A DNA stretch of 33,853 nt from Craspedostauros australis. Lineage: Eukaryota. The notes under the pieces were generated by a model. The model ran no database searches, was not told the DNA's origin, and worked only from the letters and a program-made list of their open reading frames with translations. The translations under genes and the position numbers were made by a program. Where the stretch lies: assembly GCA_030167865.1 (NCBI GenBank), contig JALAGF010004579.1, positions 1-33,853 of the forward strand. The letters are read 5' to 3'. Below, piece by piece: positions 23,045 through 33,853 of the stretch; position 1 is the stretch's first letter; every line of letters begins with the position of its first letter.

Positions 23045-25644
23045 CTAACGCAACATGGGGGCGTGGGAGTTCTTGGGCTTCACGCCCGTTGGCAATGGTT
23101 CGACTGTGTTCGGCTGTCGTGTAAGCGCCAGCACGCGTTCCCAGGTACGACCGTGGGGGTTCATGGAACGCGGCGAGGTCGACACCAGCTCTGGAATCGG
23201 CAGGAACACCATGCGGTTGTTGCAGAGTCCGACGGAGAACCCGGTGAAGCCGGCCATGGCTCCGTGGACGGCGTTCTGTGCCAATTGCATACAGTCTGTA
23301 CAAGGGTAAGATCAAGATCAAGACCAAGGAAACAAGCGCGAGGAATCGATCGACAACATCATTCAGAGTGCACAAGTAGGAGAAGGGTAATAGTAACAAG
23401 GACATGTGCAGGGCAATAGTTTTGGCACGAGTGGTGGCACGAGGAAGAGCATCAACAGGAGTGAGTCAGGTCGAATGCGGCAACGACACAGCCAAACCTC
23501 CATCTTCAATGGTCATCGCCAGTCTTCAATCCCCGGTCGAAGTGTGCTTCGTCCTGCCATGGCGAGTGGTACAGACAATGGCCGTTTTCACGGATGCATA
23601 CCCGTATTATTCTTTGTTGTCATCTTGCCAGTACAAAGCGTACTCGTATCCTGCTCCTCGTCCCAAAGACCACAGGTGCAGATACAAATGCAAGTTCGAG
23701 TGCGGCACCATACTTACACAGACTGTCGGCGGCATTGGCTGGCACGGATCGAACGGTGTAGGATGGATCGATGTATTTGACGGTGGCAGTATCCTTCTTC
23801 TTTGTGAAGTAGTCCTGAATCTGCTTCTTCATGAATTCACCGATCGGTGGCAGCTTGCGGTTGCCTCCAGCGTCCTTCTCTTCGGACACCCCCAGCACCT
23901 CCTCTCCTGCACCTTCTGCCACCACGACAACAGCGTAGCCTTGATCCTTCACGCGACGTCGGAGATGTGGCAAGCATCCCTTCTCGCCCTCCAGCACGAT
24001 CGGGACCTCGGGCACGAGGCACAGGTCCACGTCGCTCGATGACATGGTGGCGTGGGCGGCGATGAAACCGGCCGAGCGTCCCATGAGCTTGACGATGCCG
24101 ATGCCGTTGGGCATGTTGCAAACGGCCTCCGTCTTGGCCGAACGGATGGCAACCTGGGCGGCCTCCACGGCGCTGCTGAATCCGAAGGAATGGTCAATGT
24201 AGTCAACATCGTTGTCAATCGTCTTTGGGATTCCGGCCACGGCAACATTGAGGCCCTGTGATTGCGATTTTGAGTGTGCATCATTGTATCATACAGTATG
24301 TGCATTCATGTGTGCATGGGGCGACCAAGCGTTTACGGGTGAAAGGCACGAGTGTATGTGCAGAAAGTACGAATGTGGAATTGCACAGTGTCATGTAGCA
24401 TGTCATGGAGACAATCAGACCAGTGAGTCTCCACCCTTTGGATGTTCATGATTGCACGCACAAATGCGCTGGCTTGCAGACCAAAGCGGTCGGAATGAAA
24501 GCTTTCCAATCGTGCTCATCCTCATCCTCATCCATATCGATCAATCAGGGGCAAGTTTACAACACTGTCGTCCAAGCCGCCGCACATTTCTCACGCCACA
24601 CCACACCGCCACCATCGTAAAGCACCATATCACACTTTGGTAAAGCACTTGCAGATGCAGGACAACCGATGCATGAACACCGACGCCCTGTCAGACGAGG
24701 CATAGAGCAGCGTACTCGCACAGTACAGACACAAGTACCCGTAGTATCGGCATCGTACTCACTCGTTCCATGCAACCCTCGTGGATCTTGAATGCACCGC
24801 GATGCGTGCCGTCTCCGCCAATGACGTAGAGCTGCGAAACCTTCCTGGATTCTAGGAAATCGATGATCTTGTCGAGATCGAAGCCTCCGCGGGAACTGCC
24901 GAGCACCGTGCCACCTTCGTGGTGAATGTTCTGAACCAGCTCCGTGGTCAGCTCGATGGGCTGGTAGTTGCCGTGGTCCCAGAAACCGCGGTATCCACCC
25001 TGGATGCCGTAGACCTTGCCGCCGATTCCGTAGAGCTGACACAAGGTCTTGGTGATCTCGCGGATGACGTTGTTCAATCCAGGACACAGACCGCCGCAAG
25101 TGACGATGGCGGCGTTGACCGTCTCCGGATCGAAGTGCAGCTGCCGACGTGGGCCAGCTCGGACGTACGCCTGGGTGTGCGTCTGCATGTTCGGCTTGCG
25201 CACGATGGATCCCAGGATGCACTCGTGGTTCGTGATGAGCTTGTTGTACTCCGTCTCTCGGCTGATGTCCAACTCTGGGAGGGAGGCGTTGCTCTCCGAC
25301 TTCTTGAGCGAGGGGAAGTAGTAGGGGTTGGAATTGGCCACGTTGGCGTTCTTCATGACGTTGGGCTTCTTGGACGCTGGGAATCTCTTCTTGAGGTCCT
25401 CCACCTCCCACAGGTACACCTTGTCGATCGTCAGAGCCTCGACCACGGTGCCGCTTGGCTCTCCCGTCAGCTTCCTGGCCGCCAGCGTCTTCTCCTTGAT
25501 CATCAGTTCCCGGTCGTACGCCTCCTTCTTGTCTCGCAGAACCTTCTTCTCTTCCGCTCGTTTCGTGAGCGCGTAGGTGGCCCCGACGGCACCGACCAGG
25601 ATCAGCGTGGCCATCACGGGGGAGATCTCCTTGGATTGCGGCAT
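23045..25644 (-). CDS. PFK: ATP-dependent 6-phosphofructokinase (PfkA family) with N-terminal hydrophobic segment; exons 25644-24763, 24255-23718, 23295-23045 (556 aa)
   Basis: RAGPR, AIVTCGGLCPGLNNVIR, GGTVLGSSRG, IGGDGTHRGA, GIPKTIDND, KLMGRSAGFIA, VVAEGAG, KYIDPSY, DSLYCMQLAQNAVHGAMAG. Introns GTGAGT...CACAG (24762-24256, phase 0) and GTAAGT...TACAG (23717-23296, phase 1) keep the frame. Confidence 0.96.
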
Positions 25645-26854
25645 TGTGAAGGCCTCTGTTCGCTCCTATGGTATAATTGTGGTATGCCTTCCTGACTTCC
25701 CGATTCTCGTTTGCGCTCCTTTTGTGGAAAGATTCGTCTGTGTATTGAGTTCAGCAGCGATCGTCAGCAACACAAAGCGAAGCAATGCTGTACTCGTGCT
25801 TGTGCTTGCGCTCTCTCGAGAGTAGAGAATAGTCAATGGTGTGCCTCTATCTCCGCCGCAAGCTCACAAATGGATGCTTGAACGAATGGTGAATGGATGG
25901 ATGGCTGATTGGCCCGATGTGCTGCACTTGCAATGGCAGTTGCAAAATGGAGAGATGTGGGGGCGCATGGGCAATCTTTCTTTCCGTTTGGGCACAATGC
26001 TGTGGATCGTGCGATCTTTCCATTCCTCGCATCTCACTGCCAACTGACCAACCAACCAACCAACCACATCAAACCAACTCGCGCCAAACAAGAGGAGACA
26101 CATCGCCTGTTGCGACGTTCTCTCTCCGTCAACGAACGAGGCAGAAAGGAGCGTGCAGAACAAAGAACTTCGCCACAATTCAAGAAGCGTCTCTTGTTCG
26201 CTTTGTGAGCAAGAATATTCATACGGTCGGAGAGCAGACGCAGGCGAAGGATTCAACATGACCACATCGATTCAATGTGTGTTCTTTGACAATTCCGAGT
26301 CGTGCTAAAACGTGTTCCAAACGATGACGTCATACCTTCAATCAATGACGATGAGATGCCACGCAAAGGTGATGTCTGTCGTTGTTGTTCTTCTTGGACA
26401 GGTCGCTGAATTCAACCGTTGCTGTTCCACTCTCGATGCTCTGCGAGAATGCATTTGTGTTGCCCACACCGGTACGACTACGAGTACGAGTATGTGTTGA
26501 CTCTTCATGACAGCTATTTACATGTTATGATGTTGGTGCGGTCGGTTGGTATGATGTCTGTGCATGTATTCTACGACCTAATATACGTATGGTCGAGTAC
26601 TCCCGTTTTGTTTTGAATGTGCGATCTGCAGCATTGTTGTTAGAAATTCCCCTGATTCTGTTGCCATTCCTTGGTGGCAACAATGAAGATGATGGTGGCG
26701 GCGACTGGTCGGCTGGGTGCCTGTGTGGACGATGGAGCAATGTCGGCAGCGTCATGCCATGCCGATCAGCTGCTCCATCTTGCACCTTGCCCTCGTCTCC
26801 ATGTATCTGTTGGTTGGTTGGTTGGTCGGTGGATTGCGCCACCTAACGCTGCGT

Positions 26855-27193
26855 TCACTCGACGCCCCGCATCAGTGATGAGACTGACGCGAGAATCAGC
26901 GTCGACTTCTCGGTGGTCTCCCTGCACGTGATTGGGAGCCCGTTCTGCGCCTGCCATGAACGGATCTGCGTCCGCAATGATGCATTGGGGAAGAGCATGG
27001 AGGGCGTCAGCGCCTTCCTCGTCATGGGGCAGCATTGGTCGGGGCTGTTGGCGTGGTCATTCAGCCATTGCAGGATCGCCCTTCGTTCGAAGTTGTGCCC
27101 GTGTTTGGAGACCAGCGGATCGACCATGATCTCCTGTGTGATGGGGCAGATGAAGCGCTCTGGCACGGCCAAGTTGGTTGCTGAGAATCCCAT
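26855..27193 (-). CDS. Small U-box-only protein (112 aa)
   Basis: VPERFICPITQEIMVDPLVSKHGHNFERRAILQWL...CPMTRKALTPSMLFPNASLRTQIRSW. ATG follows an A/C-rich leader (ACAAAATG). Confidence 0.88.
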   Translation of the reverse strand: MGFSATNLAVPERFICPITQEIMVDPLVSKHGHNFERRAILQWLNDHANSPDQCCPMTRKALTPSMLFPNASLRTQIRSWQAQNGLPITCRETTEKSTLILASVSSLMRGVE

Positions 27194-29142
27194 TTTGTTC
27201 TGTGAATGGTGGAATTGATGCTGCTGGTGCTGTTACTGTTGCTTTCGTTTTGATGTGGGGTTTTGGTTGATGTGTGAGGTTGATGTGTGAGGTTGTTGTG
27301 TGTGAACTTCGAATGAGGTTGTGTTTTATGACCCCATCAATGTTGACAGCCGCAGTCACCACAACGGAGGATTGAGTGGGGGAGACAAGAACACACGACA
27401 AACGGCAAGGACAAGGACAACAGAGGGAGATAAGCATGGAAGGAAGCGCACGATGTTCACAAACCATGAGGGCGGCAACAGACTGAAATGAGTGACATGA
27501 GTGACGATGTTGGTGACGGTGCTGACGTAGCGCATGGTGGTGGGTTCGCCAGTTTTGCTACCGTGGACATCGTCGGCTCTCCAGTATCCATGCTGCGGGC
27601 ATTTGTACGTGCCCGCGCAAGTGCACTCTCGTGGTGCCAGTTCAGACATACCATACGAGTCAAGGAAGATCGCAGGTAGTTATTCTCGACACTCCACTCC
27701 CACGAGCTATGGGCTCACCTGTCAGCACTCGTAGCGGCACTTTCCTCATGTTTGTGCTTGACGAAGAAGCTACGAACGCCACGTGTTGCGGTCGCGTTTG
27801 CACCATGGTTCGCTGAGTCCGTCATTGTGGCCACAAACCACAGAGCCGTTCTGCGCTGTTTGTCCAGCATCGAGCGTGTCTTCTCTCCCAGACAAATAAC
27901 AGGAGGGCAATGGCGTCGCATCGCAAAGCAATGTGGGAGCGCTTGCACTCTCCTACGACGAGTGTTGGTCATGGTATCCGACAGTTGCGTCAGGAAAGGT
28001 TTAACCGGATGGCCCCCCACATCGGATACCAGCAACAGTCACTTCTCAGAATACCGGCATACTCGCAGGGATAATAGATACTCCACGAGCCACATCTGTG
28101 AAGAGAGAGAGAGAGAGGCCCGGGCATGGCCTGCCTGGTCTTGCCAACAGGACGCCGAAAACAACATTGAAGTCGCACGTAGGAGATACGCATCTCCAAT
28201 TGGTCTTGCGTTGACCTCCGACGAATACAGCCTTGACGTTTCTGGCAGTCCAACTTCCGCTGTATCGCGCTACGCTTCAACATCACGACGGATGATGTAG
28301 TCTGAGGGAATTGAATTCATCCAAAGAGGAGCCAAGTTTCCAACTTCGACGAACGTGGCCGGAAGGAGGGGTGTGACCACATAACATGGACGATTCTGTC
28401 CTGTTCGTGAGGCTTCAAGGAGGTTTTGGCGGACACGATCGAACTCAGCCATACCAAAACTTAATCATGGACATCAACGTCGCCATGGTGGAATACTACT
28501 ACGAGGAGCGACACAGGCCCCACTTTGGTGCGTTGCCCGCACTATGACCTCTCTTGCAGCGTACCAGAACGAGCTATGGCACGCACGATGGGTTTGTCCT
28601 TGCGTGGCCGGACATGGTATGAAACAGACTTAACCACGACCAAGATGTCCACATGTACAGTACGAGGACACAAGGGTATAGATGTCGGATTGAATCGTTC
28701 CAGAGGGGAGGAACAGCAACGCAGTGCCACGCCACCCCTGTATACGTACACTAGCGGGGCTTGCTCTCTCTCTCTCTCTGATAGATCGTGCTGTAGGAGC
28801 ATGGAATAGATTGTATTCAAGCCTTTGTGGCGGTGTCTATCTTGAGGACAATGCCTTCTGCGCAGTGTCATGGAATAATTGCACTCAACGAGGGACTATA
28901 AAAAGGAGAGCACTTCGCACCCCAAGAGTGCCAGGGTAGTACCGGTGGAGTAAACCACTGTATCGGGCATCGTCATCCGAATTGGCTACGAGCATGGTGC
29001 TATGAGCATGGTGCCACGGCCTGGCTGGCTTCGATGCGTGAGAATGCCGCCTTTGTGATGAATCGCAAACAGGAGAGGCGACAGGAGCAGATGGACTTTC
29101 GGAAGCAGTCAGATCGATGGTTGATCGCGTGAGGGTTGATCA

Positions 29143-29553
29143 TCAGGAGGACGAAGCCCCTCCCCCATACCGCTTCTTCATAGCCCTGTATCTTTTGAAT
29201 TGGATGAAGCCGTGCATCTCGCGGACCATGTACCGTCCACGCCCCACAGCCAACCGTATTTCTTTCTCGCACTGCTTTGACATCGCCGGTGACGTTGTCC
29301 GCATGGACGGAGAGCCACCGATGTCGGCGGCGGATCCGTCTGCTTCGCCGCGGTTTGCATCCCGTTGGCGGACGTGATGGGGCTGCAGGCCTGTTGCTTC
29401 TGCTGCTGATGCCGCTTCCGCGTAGCAGGATGGGCAGTTAGTCTTGTCGAAGATGGCTTTCTTCCAATGCTTCCGAACGTAGTCCATTCCCAAAGGGTAG
29501 TCCTTGCCGACAAGGATCACCCGTTTGTACAGGTCTCGAACAAGGGGATGCAT
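29143..29553 (-). CDS. LYRM5: Mitochondrial LYR-motif protein, LYRM5/ETFRF1-like, with an internal insertion (136 aa)
   Basis: VRDLYKRVILVGKDYP..MDYVR...KKA and EIRLAVGRGRYMVREM..FIQFKRYRAMKKRY match the LYK...YP / I.RG...E......KYR.MK.RY pattern of this family as I recall it. Confidence 0.8.
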   Translation of the reverse strand: MHPLVRDLYKRVILVGKDYPLGMDYVRKHWKKAIFDKTNCPSCYAEAASAAEATGLQPHHVRQRDANRGEADGSAADIGGSPSMRTTSPAMSKQCEKEIRLAVGRGRYMVREMHGFIQFKRYRAMKKRYGGGASSS

Positions 29554-30093
29554 GCTCGCAATCTATCGTTGTGCTGGTGGGAGTCGCCAGCCTGGGAGAC
29601 GCAGGCTGATGAATGATCGAAGTCGACTTGTGTTTTTGGTCAGCTGATGTTGATGTTACTGTTGCCTTTGTCGTGTCTTGCTTGAACGAAAGCGGCTTTC
29701 TGGTGATGGGAGGTGACGCTGTCCATACGCGCTCTTCCTTCTATGGCTGCTCTTTGGTTAACTTTGTTTGAGTGCCATGTTGAGGGTTGCAACTCTCTGC
29801 GTCGTCTCATGGAGGGATGTGTTGGTTCCTCCCACGTTCTCGTCTTTGTTCTTGTGTTTGTTGTTGGCGTTCTTGTCCTTGTCGACGAGCGCACCACGAA
29901 ATGCCAAAAACAGTCGACGAGATCCTTGATGTGATGTTGCCCTTGATTGGATCAGTCACGGTTGGAAATCTACCAACTCGCACCGCACCGTCGTTCGAAG
30001 AGAGAGAGAGAGACCATCGTGAACAGAAGAAGGTAGGTTTGCAGGGGAGCGCTCTTCTACCATCAATGCGTTTGGCAGAAAGAGAGCGGAACA

Positions 30094-31014
30094 TCACGAT
30101 CGTGTTTTCCTCTCCTCGTTGAATCGATCATCCCACGATTTCATCACTTCGTCATCAATACTGCGCGCTGTCCCTGCATCGTGTGCGCCATCGTCATCTG
30201 TTTTTGATGGCCGCAAACTTTGGCTTTCTTGATCTGTTTGTGGCACGGTCACAGCTACGATAGCGAAAACCACGGAAGCAATCGAGATAACGTTGAGGAT
30301 GTTTGAGGAGGCACCTGCCGCAGACCCAATGCCAAACGCGGCCTCCTGGATTGATGGCGCGAGCAGCAGAGATGACGCCAACGCCGCGAACATGGCGAAT
30401 AGATCCGTCAGGTACGGTGAGACCTGATCATCATCATCATCATCATCGCCGACGTTATCCATGCCGCCCTCGTCGTAGTCGTACCCGTCTTCGACCACAA
30501 ACTTCCGTCCCAGAAAGGCGTAGGTTGTGAAGAAAAGAACGAGCAACGCCGTCGTAGCTACGGACTGGAAAATGGCGCCGGATAAACCAAGGAATAAGGG
30601 ATACCCCAACGCAAGTCTGTTCCAACCTGGTGTTGGCGTTGACAGAACAGATGCCACGCCGTCAACGAGTCGGATGAGCAATGGAGGAGTTGTGACACTG
30701 TCGCCGCCACTGCCACTCCTACCGCCACTACCATCATCATCGTCTTTGTTGCCCCATCGTGCAATGTTGGAACGGACGACTCTGCGGTCACCGGACCTTT
30801 TCGCACGGGCAGGGTCGATTCGCACTTGTGAGAAAGCGTCGGCATGGCGCGGACTGTCGGTGCTGTGACGATCTTGGAAGGGAAAGCCGTCAAGCCGTGA
30901 ATGCCTGTGAACTCTTCGATGGCAAAAGGCAAGCGCGCAATTGGGTGCCATCTGCGCGCTGCTCCCATGAACCCATCCAACTTCTTGTGTTGTTGTCGCC
31001 GCGAATCCCACCAT
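30094..31014 (-). CDS. Hypothetical multi-pass membrane protein (~306 aa; start uncertain)
   Basis: Long ORF with about four hydrophobic segments (LALGYPLFLGLSGAIF; TTALLVLFFTTYAFLG; LFAMFAALASSLLLAP; VISIASVVFAIVAVTV), an acidic loop and C-terminal MKSWDDRF. First ATG at 31014; the ORF stays open upstream to 31278. Confidence 0.7.
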   Translation of the reverse strand: MVGFAATTTQEVGWVHGSSAQMAPNCALAFCHRRVHRHSRLDGFPFQDRHSTDSPRHADAFSQVRIDPARAKRSGDRRVVRSNIARWGNKDDDDGSGGRSGSGGDSVTTPPLLIRLVDGVASVLSTPTPGWNRLALGYPLFLGLSGAIFQSVATTALLVLFFTTYAFLGRKFVVEDGYDYDEGGMDNVGDDDDDDDQVSPYLTDLFAMFAALASSLLLAPSIQEAAFGIGSAAGASSNILNVISIASVVFAIVAVTVPQTDQESQSLRPSKTDDDGAHDAGTARSIDDEVMKSWDDRFNEERKTRS

Positions 31015-31760
31015 CGTCAGATCTTGTTGCAATTGTAGGGATGCTCGTTGAATGCATGCATGCATGAATGCATGTATGAAGTGCAAGGGGGGGAGGCGAA
31101 GCTTTGCTTGTCGCAATGCTCTGCTCTGCTCATTGTTCCGTTTCTTGTTTTGCGCGCCAAGACGCCACCAACACAAAGACAAACAACAGAATTTGCTTAT
31201 CAGAAGCCACGGTGATAAATGCAATCTACATTTATATTTCCGTTCGATCGTTTCAGTCTCGCTTTCGAGAATGCTCATAATTGTCGTTATTTGAAGTTAC
31301 TACCTTAAACCCCAATCTACGCAACAAATGACAACCAAACAGCGCAACGGTCACCGAAATCACGAAGCTTGGCACAGCAACACCGCGCATGAGCTGTGCG
31401 TCTGCCAACAAACACAAGAGTGAGAAAAGGCGAAGAAATCCGACCAACTCAAATCAAGCCAATTGAACTCAATTGGAGTCGAGGTCACTTGAAGCCAGGT
31501 TGAGTGAAGTCAAGCCAAGACGGCCGAGGACAGTTGCGTCGTTGCAGACCGTCGCAGAAGGTTGTTTCAGAGTACGGAAAGAGCGATATACTTGCACAAT
31601 CCGATAGAACCGCAGGAGTTCAATAGCATCGAAACAGTCCCGCTCCTCTCCTATTCTGCCCTGCTCTCTCCGCAGAGTGCTCTCCTCTGACATCCTCTGC
31701 TCTCACAGAGATTCAACAAGTTCTTTGGTCCGAGTGCAGCAACACGCAAGGTATCTCAGG

Positions 31761-33018
31761 ATGATTCAGTCACAATCGAACGAAGCTCCGTTATCGAGGA
31801 GCTTGCTTGAAGATGATGAAGATGATGATGATGAAGACTCCGACGTGATAGAAGGAGAGAGAGTGGAAGCAAAAAGCATCATCAACGGCATCATCAACGG
31901 CAATGTCAACGGCAGTGTCAACGCCAACGGAAGAAGCAATGGACAGAAGATGGTGATGACGGTGGACCCGGATGATGGCAACAACTCTGTATCGGGTCGA
32001 CCGCCAAGGAGACCGCTGCAAGCACAGATAGGAGGTGGCAATGGATTGCGCACAGATGCTCCGGCGTCGCCTCCCACAGCCTCTGGCGGTGATAAGAACA
32101 GCAACCATATCGATCAGGTTGCGACTCCAGGCAACCAAACCGGTGATGCGCAGCAATCACACAACTCCGATCCACGAGATTGGGACCATCTGTACGATGT
32201 TCTGCCAGGATGCCAAGGCAGATTGGACTTATCAATTGTGAGTGCAACGCGTTGCACCGTACAAGTGTCTTGTTGAACACACAACACACATGTGTGCTCC
32301 GCCTGAATTCGTGAATGAACGGATGGATGGCTAGATGGATGCATGCATGCATGGATTCGATACGCGCCATCCTCCTACCTGCGCATCCACATGGATTGCT
32401 CGATTGTGATCTACGAGCAATACTCGATGATCCCCTGCACCCCAAACCGCAACGACATTCTCACCTTCCGTCTTCATCTCCATCCCATCAACGTCGTTTT
32501 CATTCCTACTTTCCACTACTGGTCGACCCTCAATCTGATGGGCTCGCGAATGATGCCGTCCGTGATGACAGCCTTGCCAAGAGCCGCTATCGTTCTTCCC
32601 ATTCTTTTCACGCCACCACCAGGAACGCGGTTCAGTCGTTATCCAGGACCCCCAGCACAACCCTGTGCCACCAGGTGTCTATGCGTTGCCCAAATCTTGC
32701 GAGTACTGCGGCAACGAGAATACGGATGACTGCGTCGAGGGCGAATGCCAAAGGCCGAAGCTGTTCTTCCGCAAAAAGCGCCCGCCGTTCTGCCCCAAAG
32801 GGCCGGAGTGGGAACCGCTGACGGATTATCGCATCGCTAGGACCTCGAAGGGCGGCAGCAAGAAGCATGACGCAGACGAGATGACAGCAAGCACGACGAC
32901 GGGCCCTGGATCATCAGCGTCGGCGTCTGACAAGGACAGCACCAAGGGCAACGGGCATGGAAGCAGTTTCAACACGAGCTCGCAGAAGCTATCTTGGATG
33001 CCGGGCATGTTTGGTTGA
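31761..33018 (+). CDS. Hypothetical protein with Cys-rich motif; predicted exons 31761-32237 and 32647-33018 (~282 aa)
   Basis: An acidic/Asn-Gly-rich N-terminal exon ends at a GTGAGT donor (32238). The acceptor TATCCAG (32646) joins in phase 0 to give WDHLYDVLPGCQGRLDLSI|DPQHNPVPPGVYALPKSCEYCGNENTDDCVEGECQRPKLFFRKKRPPFCP. The 409-nt intron is similar in size to the other introns here. Confidence 0.65.
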
Positions 33019-33853
33019 GCGCACGACCCTGCGCATTCGCAATTGCAATTGAACACAACAGAACCGATTTCGACACAACGTGTTTGAACGGAAGAACGCT
33101 AGAGTACTCGTGCCACTGTATCAGTTGGCATCGTGGTTGAACGCATCGCTTGCGGGAGGACGGGGAGGGTTCAGACGGGAGACAATGGATGGGTCAACCA
33201 AAGTCTGTGTTCATCTAGTCTTCAGGTCACCAATACTGCTGGAGTGTTCCGCTCTACACATGTGACGAGTACTGCCACAACATGGCAACGGTCATCCTCC
33301 TACAATCCCATGCCGTGCCTACACTGTGACTTATGATATGTACGATCTACGTGCGTATGAGCCATTTGCCGGACTTTCGTCAGTGCAACGTGATGGAACG
33401 TTGGGCATGATGCTCAAATGGCGAAAGATGACTATCAGGAAGCGAAGGACAGCGAAGGACAGCAAAGCAAGGATGCTGCCTCTGTCAAAGCGCTCTGCTC
33501 CTCCCCTGCGAGTAGTATACTAATATGCTAGCTGCTAGTAGATTACTAGCTGCACTCAATGTAAAACGGTGTCGCGATATCACTAGTTGTGGAGTTTTGG
33601 CCCCTTGTTGCCACTGGTTTGCTTGCTTTTGGGAGAAACGGCGATTGGATATTTAGAGCTATTTCGTGTTTACTCTCGCTGATCCGTCTTCTACGTCACA
33701 TGGAACGGATTCCACGTCATGAAAAACGAGTCACAACAGAGGAAGAGACATCGTGTGACTCCTCCTCCACAAGACACGATGATGACTGCGCGCGGCAACA
33801 ACAAAATTTGCCATGCCAGGACAGCCAACAACACTCCACGTTGACCAGTCTCA

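Noticed and set aside
21212..25695. Antisense ORFs of 267 aa (21212-22015) and 258 aa (24919-25695), and off-frame 284 aa (24557-25411)
   Set aside because: Codon-bias shadows of the U-box and PFK genes.
26046..26827. 19-bp inverted repeat GAC(CAAC)4 at 26046-26064 and 26809-26827 as MITE termini
   Set aside because: It is made of a CCAA/TTGG microsatellite that also occurs elsewhere in the window. I see no TSD, so it is probably coincidence.
27700..28900. Possible decayed gene around 28270-28452 (minus)
   Set aside because: Short and stop-interrupted, with no identifiable family.

Overview
Eukaryotic nuclear DNA, most likely from a diatom or related stramenopile. Evidence: GT-AG introns of about 370-510 nt, a bipartite signal peptide with W at +1, and copia elements with a WHVDD reverse transcriptase (RT) motif like diatom CoDi elements. 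The left part holds a frameshifted pseudogene of a secreted, probably GPI-anchored protein (~1218-2557), a hairpin-repeat cluster (4323-4432) and a DUF1279/FAM210-like gene. A CpG-depleted block (~6330-13830) follows, containing fragments of at least three different dead Ty1/copia retrotransposons. One is a minus-strand integrase. One is a plus-strand gag-PR-IN-RNaseH element lacking RT. One is a plus-strand RT-RNaseH fragment. Most stops sit at expected Arg codons, consistent with CGA>TGA decay. The right part is ordinary gene-bearing DNA: a PP2C phosphatase, two minimal U-box genes flanking an N-terminally anchored ATP-type phosphofructokinase, a LYRM5-like gene, a membrane protein and a Cys-motif orphan. 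I found no CRISPR array, rRNA or tRNA, and no clearly new multi-gene system. The best leads are listed as findings. All family assignments come from motif recognition, not database searches.
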